Assembly: GCA_030765405.1 (NCBI GenBank)
Contig: JAVCCP010000056.1
Location: 1-64,000, forward strand
DNA from: Candidatus Ancaeobacter aquaticus
GTDB taxonomy: Bacteria; Auribacterota; Ancaeobacteria; Ancaeobacterales; Ancaeobacteraceae
Direction of reading: 5' to 3'
Length of the DNA: 64,000 nucleotides
Position numbers and translations under genes: made by a program. A model generated the notes under the pieces. The model was not told where the DNA came from. It saw only the letters and a program-made list of their open reading frames with translations, and did no database searches. The first letter of the stretch is position 1, and the number at the start of each line of letters is the position of its first letter. Below, piece by piece: positions 57,440 to 64,000 of this stretch.

Positions 57440-57472
57440 AAAAGCGTCCCGATGGATTGGGGCGCTTTTTTT
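57440..57472 (+). terminator. Rho-independent terminator after pilR
   Basis: AAAAGCGTCCC/GGGGCGCTTTT + T-run. Confidence 0.8.
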
Positions 57473-57479
57473 ATTGGTA

Positions 57480-57528
57480 TTTTCTCAAAAATGAGAAAAA
57501 TATACGAAAATTTCTTATTTTTGACAAA
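57480..57528. promoter_or_regulatory. Putative enhancer-binding-protein (PilR) upstream activating sites
   Basis: Perfect palindrome TTTTCTCA-N4-TGAGAAAA (57480-57499) and degenerate TTTCTTA-N4-TGACAAA (57511-57528), about 100-150 bp upstream of the sigma54 promoter. Confidence 0.6.
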
Positions 57529-57625
57529 TATGTTCAAAATAAAAAAGAATGTATGGAAAAATATAAAGAGCACTACATATTTATAATAAGAAGCTTATAT
57601 ATAATTTGCACCTTATTTGGTCTTT

Positions 57626-57641
57626 TGGCATGAATAATGCG
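57626..57641 (+). promoter_or_regulatory. Sigma54 (-24/-12) promoter of pilA
   Basis: TGGCATGAATAATGCG with GG-N10-GC spacing. Confidence 0.7.
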
Positions 57642-57789
57642 AACATAAGTGATATGTATTGGAGGTATATGATGGAAAGAAAAGCATGTGAATTAAGGGA
57701 AAGGGGGAAATTGGAGTTGTTCAACATATGGAACTGTGGGAAGTCCCACAAAAGTCTAAAACAGTAACTAAAAACGAAAGGGGGAGGTT

Positions 57790-58143
57790 ATGTTTAGGAG
57801 ATTGAGGAAGTCAAAAGGTTTTACGTTGGTTGAGATCATGATTGTTGTTGCGATTATTGGACTACTTGCAGCAATCGCAATACCGAATCTGATCAAAGCT
57901 CGTACTATGGCTCGTACAAATGCATGTCTCAATAATCTGAGATTAATTGAACATGCAACGGAACAAGCCGGATTAGAGCTTGGTACAGCTTCAGCAGCAA
58001 CACCGGCAGTAGCAACAGTGAATAGTTACATCAAAGGCGGAGCCCCGACATGTCCAAGCGGCGGAGCATATACGTATCCGGCGTTAGGAGGAAATGCGAG
58101 CTGTGGCACACATGGCACTGTAGCAGTGCCGGTCCAAGGGTAA
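57790..58143 (+). CDS. pilA: Major type IV pilin
   Basis: KG|FTLVEIMIVVAIIGLLAAIAIP prepilin site with E5; C-terminal Cys pairs; strong RBS. Confidence 0.88.
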   Translation: MFRRLRKSKGFTLVEIMIVVAIIGLLAAIAIPNLIKARTMARTNACLNNLRLIEHATEQAGLELGTASAATPAVATVNSYIKGGAPTCPSGGAYTYPALGGNASCGTHGTVAVPVQG

Positions 58144-58168
58144 CTATTGTATGATTGCATAGTATGGG

Positions 58169-58194
58169 TAAGGGCGGTTATTGTACCGCCCTTA
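58169..58194 (+). terminator. Stem-loop between the major and minor pilin genes
   Basis: TAAGGGCGGT/ACCGCCCTTA 10-bp stem with no U-tract. Confidence 0.55.
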
Positions 58195-58225
58195 TCATGC
58201 ACTTTTAAATGAGGGGTTTTGTACT

Positions 58226-58600
58226 ATGAGACGTGAAAGCGGAGTGACATTTTTGGAGCTGATGGTGGCTATTACTATTGTCCTGATAGCTTCAGGAGCG
58301 ATCTTAATAAGCCTTACGTTTGCCGGAAAAATTGCGCAGCATAATCTTAATAAGACAGTGGCCATAAATTTAATAACTGAGAAGCTGGAAGAAATTAAAT
58401 CAGATACCTATAGTGGTGTTACGGCGGAAAACTATCCATTGGAACCCAATCTACCCGTAGGCACAAATCCTATTGGGTTTAATCGTTCAGTAACAATTAT
58501 CACAGGAAGTTATAAAACCATAACGGTTACGGTGACGTGGAATCAGCTTGGATCGCCTTTTGTAGAGACCGAATCAATTTCAACGGTTATTACCCAGTAG
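58226..58600 (+). CDS. Minor pilin (PilV-like)
   Basis: SG|VTFLELMVAI; ends VTVTW..; ATG 58226. Confidence 0.75.
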   Translation: MRRESGVTFLELMVAITIVLIASGAILISLTFAGKIAQHNLNKTVAINLITEKLEEIKSDTYSGVTAENYPLEPNLPVGTNPIGFNRSVTIITGSYKTITVTVTWNQLGSPFVETESISTVITQ

Positions 58601-58614
58601 GAAAGAGGGCCCAA

Positions 58615-59136
58615 ATGGTTAGTAAAACTACATACGATAATACAAAAGGGAAAACAGGGGTACAGAACCTGTTATCGTATAGGGGTTTTACGTTAATTGA
58701 GGTAATAATGTCAGTGGGGATACTTGTTATTGTGTCCGCCGGCATATATTCAGTTTACTTTACGTCGCAAGGCCTTATGTTTGCAGCAGCAGCCAAGTCG
58801 CATGCAGTGGTTGAAGCGAGTTTAACAGCAGAAAAAATTGATCGATACATCAGGGGGTGTACGAGTGCATCAGTTTCAGGTGATCAGTTGGATTTAGATG
58901 TTAACAAGCGTATTTGGCTGGATGGTAATACATTAAAATATTTAGTGGACGGCGCTGAAGTTGATTTAGTAGATAATGTTGAAAAAGTCGTCGGTGTACC
59001 TTTATTCAATATTCCTCTGGCTAATCCTGATAGGGTACAAATAAATTTTGGAATTGGATCTGATTATGATTTTGTTGAAACCCAGACAGTAGAGATTAGA
59101 ACTGAGGTAAAATTAAGAAATTATGTTGCGCCATGA
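58615..59136 (+). CDS. Minor pilin (PilW-like)
   Basis: RG|FTLIEVIMSV; C-terminal V.LRN; ATG 58615. Confidence 0.75.
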   Translation: MVSKTTYDNTKGKTGVQNLLSYRGFTLIEVIMSVGILVIVSAGIYSVYFTSQGLMFAAAAKSHAVVEASLTAEKIDRYIRGCTSASVSGDQLDLDVNKRIWLDGNTLKYLVDGAEVDLVDNVEKVVGVPLFNIPLANPDRVQINFGIGSDYDFVETQTVEIRTEVKLRNYVAP

Positions 59137-59182
59137 TGTCATTGACAAAAGTATCGATAAGAGAAGAAGGACGGTGGTATAT

Positions 59183-60238
59183 ATGAAAAGTGCCCGATTA
59201 TACAGAGGAAGCGCATTAGTGGGTGGTGCACTTTTTGTTCTTATAATGTCATTCATTGTAGGGAATTATATGATCTTTGTATCAAGCGGTAGCATGCAGG
59301 TGAAAAATATAAACGATACGGTAAAGGTATTTTATATAGCTGAAGCGGGTTTGCAGAGGAATATATACGAGCTGAAAAATGGTGGCTCATCACCTGTTTC
59401 CGATTCATTAGGTGACGGTTCGTATCAGGTTACCTACTCCGGGACAGGGACGACTACCATAACCTCCGTGGGAACGTTTAATAACTCTTCACGAACAGTA
59501 AGTATGAACGTTAATGTTCGTCGGATACCTAATATAAACGGTGCTGCGACAGTGTATAGTGATGTTGGAACAACGGGTAATATTACGATTGATGGTAGAG
59601 ATCATGACATAACAGGTGCTTTAACAGGTGATCCCGGAACCTATGGGTTAAGTACGTCCGGAGAGTTTAATCAACAAGGCAGTTCTCAACTTGGCGGGAG
59701 CGGTATAGCCCCTGCAAGTCCTGCTGAAGAAGGCTCATATGATGAAGATCCTCTCATAATAGATGAGGTTGACCTAAACAATGATGAAATTATTGACCCG
59801 TGGGAAATATTAAATGTATCTGAAGACTGGTATACAGATAATATTCAAGAGACGCTTATAGAACCAACAAACTTTTCTGGCATGTACCGGTACGATCCGC
59901 CAGGGGGGACGTGGACTGGCATTAACCTTGGAGTATCTTCCGGGCTTTTAATTGTGCATAATGACACCTATACTGCAACCATGAAAAATATTACTGGTAT
60001 CTTTGTGGGTTTGATAATAGCCGATCAGGTAACGCATGTTACCGGGAGTGCTATGATTATTGGGGCGATTGTTACACTTAATCAGACGGGTAATTTTTTC
60101 GGCATGGGAGATGCTTATATCGGATACAGTTCTGAGGCATTGAGTAATGTCGGAGATTTATTAGAAGATGGGGGAGCGGATTTAGACGCATGGACTACGT
60201 CAGTCTCTGTTCAAACAGGAAGCTGGAGTGAATTATAA
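59183..60238 (+). CDS. PilX-like minor pilin with large C-terminal domain
   Basis: RG|SALV (no E5), FYIAEAG, IDGRDH, GLIIAD..GAIV, SW.EL end; ATG 59183 preferred. Confidence 0.7.
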   Translation: MKSARLYRGSALVGGALFVLIMSFIVGNYMIFVSSGSMQVKNINDTVKVFYIAEAGLQRNIYELKNGGSSPVSDSLGDGSYQVTYSGTGTTTITSVGTFNNSSRTVSMNVNVRRIPNINGAATVYSDVGTTGNITIDGRDHDITGALTGDPGTYGLSTSGEFNQQGSSQLGGSGIAPASPAEEGSYDEDPLIIDEVDLNNDEIIDPWEILNVSEDWYTDNIQETLIEPTNFSGMYRYDPPGGTWTGINLGVSSGLLIVHNDTYTATMKNITGIFVGLIIADQVTHVTGSAMIIGAIVTLNQTGNFFGMGDAYIGYSSEALSNVGDLLEDGGADLDAWTTSVSVQTGSWSEL

Positions 60239-60295
60239 TATATATCTGTTATTTATGGGTAAGGTGCATAAACACTTTTTACAAAGAGATCGGGC

Positions 60296-60973
60296 ATGAA
60301 AATAATTTTAATAATATGTTTTTCGGCATTGGTAATTTTCCAATTTAGCATAAATGTTTATGCAGATGCTATTGATCAGCATGCGCTAAATAAGCTTAAG
60401 GACAAGTACAAGAAAATGTTCCCGGATGCCAGTTTTGAAAATGCGAAATCTGAGGTCTTGAAGATTAGAAAGATAACTGCGAAGGAAAAATTGCAGATGA
60501 AAGAGGCAATTACGGGTTTGCGTGCTGTAATTCACAAATATCCGGAGAAAAAGGCATGGTGCGCGATGCTGCAGTGCCAAGTTGCAGACATACATAAGGA
60601 TTTGAGCAAATATGAGCAGGCGCTGAAGGAATATCAGACGGTTTTAGATGAATATGCTGATCAGAAAAGTGCCTGTGAGAGCGCCCGAGAAGGGATGGCT
60701 GCGTGCAAGACATTGATGGAGAAAGCTGAAATATCTGGAAAAGAATCCGAAGAGAAAGCTGAAATATCCGAAGATAACGAGAAAATTTTTCCAAAGGAAG
60801 AAAAGGTTGTCTATGATGAGCCAAAACATATTATATATCTTAATAACGGCCGCGAAATTCGAGGGGATATCATCAGCGAAACAGGTGATACGATAACCAT
60901 TGGTTTTTCCGGTAACACCATAGTATTTGAGAAAACCGAAATTAAGACCATTAAAGAGATCAAAAGAGAATAG
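60296..60973 (+). CDS. Secreted protein with TPR-like helical hairpin and small C-terminal beta domain
   Basis: Signal peptide; VIHKYPE..WCA..Q..VAD..Y..ALKEY..VL..Y; IYLNNGREIRG.I. Confidence 0.65.
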   Translation: MKIILIICFSALVIFQFSINVYADAIDQHALNKLKDKYKKMFPDASFENAKSEVLKIRKITAKEKLQMKEAITGLRAVIHKYPEKKAWCAMLQCQVADIHKDLSKYEQALKEYQTVLDEYADQKSACESAREGMAACKTLMEKAEISGKESEEKAEISEDNEKIFPKEEKVVYDEPKHIIYLNNGREIRGDIISETGDTITIGFSGNTIVFEKTEIKTIKEIKRE

Positions 60974-60980
60974 TGACTAT

Positions 60981-62627
60981 ATGCACAAATTACATATAAA
61001 AACCGGTCCCCGAAAGAATTCTGTTTTGGAGTTGTATTCAAAGAGGGTGTCTATTGGGCGCGGAAAAGATAACATAATTATTCTTCCTGATGAGTCTGTG
61101 TCGCGGTTTCATGCCGAAATAGTCTGGAAAAAAGATGTGTTTGTCATTAAAGACCTAAAGAGTACCAATGGTGTTTTCGTAAATGGTGAAAGAGTGACCG
61201 AACAGGCGCTTGATTTGAACGATGAAATCCGGATCGGAGAAACAATTATAGAATATGTTGCCGAGCTCACCTCTCAAAAAGAGGAACATAAGAATAAAGT
61301 TATCATGGAAACTCCTGATATTGATCTCAAATCCTATGGTGAGGAAGAAATTGAGTCTATGAGTGCGACGATATATTTCAGAGAGTATCAAATATTGTCC
61401 GCATTTTATAAGGTAACGAAAGCGCTTACCGCACTATCTGATTTTAGTACTATTTTAAGAGATTCTTTGGAAGTGGTACTTGCCATGATGAAAGCTGAAA
61501 ATGGTTTTATATTTATCAATAATGAAAAGACCGGAGAGCTTTATCCTCGCATAGCATATAATTTGGAGAAAAAAAGTGAAATAGATTTCGCAAGATGTTC
61601 CGAGACGATAATTAATACCGTATTTCAAACAGGTAAATCTATTTTGTCGTCAGATGCGGCGCAAGATGACCGTTTTGTAGGTGCAAAAAGCATTATATAT
61701 GAGAATATTCGATCAGTTATGTGTGTTCCGCTTAGAGTACATGATAAAATACTCGGGGTATTAGAGATAGATACACGCAAAGTGGTTGGCGGTTTTACCG
61801 TTGATGATTTGGAAATATTAAGTGTTATTGCCGGCCATATTGCAGAATGTATGGAAAACGCACGCCTATATAGTGATCTCAAAAAGGCACATGACAAATT
61901 ACAGGATATTGATGATATAAAAACGAAGATGATAACATTAGTAGGGCATGAACTTGCAACGCCACTTACTATAATAGACCAATATGCGGTGCTCTTGAAA
62001 GACAAGCTGTTCGGTGATATTACCGAAAAACAGCACAAGGTATTAGAGGTAATGTGTTCGCGTGTTGCGAAATTAAAAAAGATCATTTCTGATGTGTCAA
62101 AGGTATCGAAAAGTCCGGTAAGTTATAAAAATTTAAAATCTGCTCAAGAAGAGTTTGAAATTAACGCGTTAATATCTGAAACCGTTAGTGATTTACAGCC
62201 TTTAATAGATGGCCGTAATCAGAACTTAAGCATGAATTTGAAAGCAAAAGATATTTATGTGTTTGCAAGTAGAGAAGGAATTAATGAAGTTATCACCAAT
62301 ATTGCGGTGAATGCAATAAAGTATACGCCTAATGGGGGCCACATAGACATTAAATTGATCGATGATAAGGATCGCGTAAAGGTTGAAGTGAAAGATAATG
62401 GTATCGGTATTCCTCAAAAAGAGCACGATAGAATATTTGATGGGTTTTATAATATTGAAGATGTAAAACATCATCACTCAGGCACGATTGAGTTCAAGGC
62501 CGGCGGTCTTGGCCTGGGCCTTACTATTGTAAAACATATTGTTGAATCAAATAACGGTAAAGTATGGGTTGATAGTGAAGAAGGTAAGGGCGCGGTCTTT
62601 ACCTTCACCATACCAAAAATAATGTAA
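60981..62627 (+). CDS. FHA-GAF sensor histidine kinase
   Basis: FHA (IGRG, VSRFHA, STNGVFVNG), GAF (SVMCVPL..LGVL.ID), HELATPL, NAIKYT, GLGLGL; ATG 60981. Confidence 0.88.
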   Translation: MHKLHIKTGPRKNSVLELYSKRVSIGRGKDNIIILPDESVSRFHAEIVWKKDVFVIKDLKSTNGVFVNGERVTEQALDLNDEIRIGETIIEYVAELTSQKEEHKNKVIMETPDIDLKSYGEEEIESMSATIYFREYQILSAFYKVTKALTALSDFSTILRDSLEVVLAMMKAENGFIFINNEKTGELYPRIAYNLEKKSEIDFARCSETIINTVFQTGKSILSSDAAQDDRFVGAKSIIYENIRSVMCVPLRVHDKILGVLEIDTRKVVGGFTVDDLEILSVIAGHIAECMENARLYSDLKKAHDKLQDIDDIKTKMITLVGHELATPLTIIDQYAVLLKDKLFGDITEKQHKVLEVMCSRVAKLKKIISDVSKVSKSPVSYKNLKSAQEEFEINALISETVSDLQPLIDGRNQNLSMNLKAKDIYVFASREGINEVITNIAVNAIKYTPNGGHIDIKLIDDKDRVKVEVKDNGIGIPQKEHDRIFDGFYNIEDVKHHHSGTIEFKAGGLGLGLTIVKHIVESNNGKVWVDSEEGKGAVFTFTIPKIM

Positions 62628-62651
62628 GAGGCACTTGCAAAGGAGATACCA

Positions 62652-63791
62652 ATGCAAACGAAAGAGCAAAAAGGCATCATCTATAAATTTATAGTCAGTT
62701 TTGTCTTTATGTCAATTATACCTCTTCTGTATGTTGGCTATTTAATAACCAACTTTATAATGCCGAATATTAATTATGATCTGTGGCTTGTTGTCGGCGT
62801 TGGGCTGGTGCTTTTTCTCGCGTTTGTCGGCGCATTTTCAGTCAGAGGTATTCTCCAGTCAGTCATTACCGTAAATGACCAGGCTAAGAAAGTGCTGGAC
62901 GGTGAAAAAACGGATGAGATTAAAGAACATAAAGCAGAAGGTGAAGTAGGCGAGCTTGCCGGATCCTTAAATCAAATTATAAATAGAATAAAGTCGGAAA
63001 CAAATGCCCTTGAGTTATCCCAGAATGAGCTTAATAATACCAATAAGAAACTGTTGGATAATTATGTAAAACTGCAGGAAGCAAATGAAAAGCTAAAGAA
63101 AATGGATCAGATGAAATCTGGTTTTGTTGCAAATGTTGCGCATGAACTACTTAATCCTCTGGCGACTATACGTGAGACACTCGAGATCGTTAAGACAAAT
63201 CTCGACTCTCGTATAGACGATAAACAGCAACAGGTACTGGAAATCAGTAAAAGGAATATTGTAAGACTTATCCGTTTAGTAACGGACATTCTTGACATTT
63301 CTCGGATTGAGGCGGGAAAAATAAATCTGCGCGTTGATGATGTTCATATAGAAGAGATACTTGAGGAAATCTTAACGCCGCTCGATATTTTATTTAAGAA
63401 AAAGAATATTAAATTAGTAACAGATATCCAACCGCCAAACTTCACTTTTGGTGCTGACAGAGACAAAGTAATTCAAGCTATTACCAATATGTTAGTGAAT
63501 GCCGCGCATTTTACTCCGGATAATGGGAAAGTAACGCTATCAGCTTCATTAAAAGCGCGAGAGGTTCATGTGTCGGTGCAGGATTCCGGCGTTGGTATTG
63601 ATGTGAGCGATCAAGAACGGATTTTTGACAAGTTTGAAAGGATAACAGAACATAAGAAAGAGGGAACAGGCCTTGGTTTATCGATTACAAAAGATATTAT
63701 CGTTCTTCATGGCGGTAAAATCTGGGTTGAAAGTGAAAGTGGAAAGGGATCAAAATTCATGTTTGTAATACCATCAAAAAGTATGAGATAG
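62652..63791 (+). CDS. Membrane HAMP-type sensor histidine kinase
   Basis: 2 TM, HAMP-like segment, VAHELLNPL, IFDKF, GTGLGL. Confidence 0.88.
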   Translation: MQTKEQKGIIYKFIVSFVFMSIIPLLYVGYLITNFIMPNINYDLWLVVGVGLVLFLAFVGAFSVRGILQSVITVNDQAKKVLDGEKTDEIKEHKAEGEVGELAGSLNQIINRIKSETNALELSQNELNNTNKKLLDNYVKLQEANEKLKKMDQMKSGFVANVAHELLNPLATIRETLEIVKTNLDSRIDDKQQQVLEISKRNIVRLIRLVTDILDISRIEAGKINLRVDDVHIEEILEEILTPLDILFKKKNIKLVTDIQPPNFTFGADRDKVIQAITNMLVNAAHFTPDNGKVTLSASLKAREVHVSVQDSGVGIDVSDQERIFDKFERITEHKKEGTGLGLSITKDIIVLHGGKIWVESESGKGSKFMFVIPSKSMR

Positions 63792-63799
63792 GAGGAATA

Positions 63800-64000
63800 A
63801 TGACAGATGCTAATCTAGAAAACAAAAAAACCACGCATGTATTATTAATTGATGATGAGGCTGATTTCTTGTTTGCGATTGAAGCATGGATGCTTTCGAA
63901 GGGATTCAGGGTAAGTACCGCTACAGACGGTAGAAAAGGTATCGAGTTATTTAAAAAGGATAAGCCTCATATTGTTTTTGTTGATGTTCTTATGCCCGAA
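63800..64000 (+). CDS. Response regulator receiver (truncated by the window end)
   Basis: RBS GGAGG; VLLIDDE...VFVDVLMP. Confidence 0.85.
   Translation, partial: MTDANLENKKTTHVLLIDDEADFLFAIEAWMLSKGFRVSTATDGRKGIELFKKDKPHIVFVDVLMPE

Overview
AT-rich bacterial chromosomal window, probably from a PVC-related lineage (inferred from a Minf_1886/TIGR04138-like gene after groEL and a PEP-CTERM gene). From left to right: a REP-like hairpin mosaic; an AsnB-synthetase-like gene fused to a Zn ribbon, co-transcribed with a BtuFCD-type ABC importer; a Zn/Mn-type uptake locus with no ATPase (DUF2946-like peptide, porin, binding protein, permease, Cys-rich methyltransferase); then an accessory block at ~8.5-26 kb. 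That block holds a PAS kinase, REC-XRE and XRE regulators, and a ~12 kb co-oriented cluster. The cluster is built around a non-CPC (DYGTG) P1B-type ATPase with tandem HMA_2/CoBaHMA-like domains. It also contains a stand-alone HMA_2 protein, an orphan ParA, a TM-Lys-rich-wHTH protein, a glycine-zipper protein, about ten tiny single-TM basic proteins in three paralogous families (several absent from the ORF track), a DAACS-like transporter and two Ca2+/H+ antiporters with altered alpha-2 motifs. This is the best candidate for an undescribed system: a ferrosome-like or Ca/polyanion-storing membrane organelle with its own positioning machinery. The block ends in a decayed PEP-CTERM gene flanked by inverted gene-end remnants. 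The rest is mostly housekeeping and envelope: murI, YihY, AsmA, Re-citrate synthase-like, glycogen debranching enzyme, pdaD, a Cys/Asp-rich microprotein, GT4, TPR proteins, PilZ, an arn-like operon, tRNA-Phe, groES/EL, a type IV pilus locus (MshEN, pilB, pilC, pilS, a MITE, pilR, sigma54-driven pilA, minor pilins) and FHA-GAF and HAMP kinases. All family calls come from motif recognition; no database search was run.
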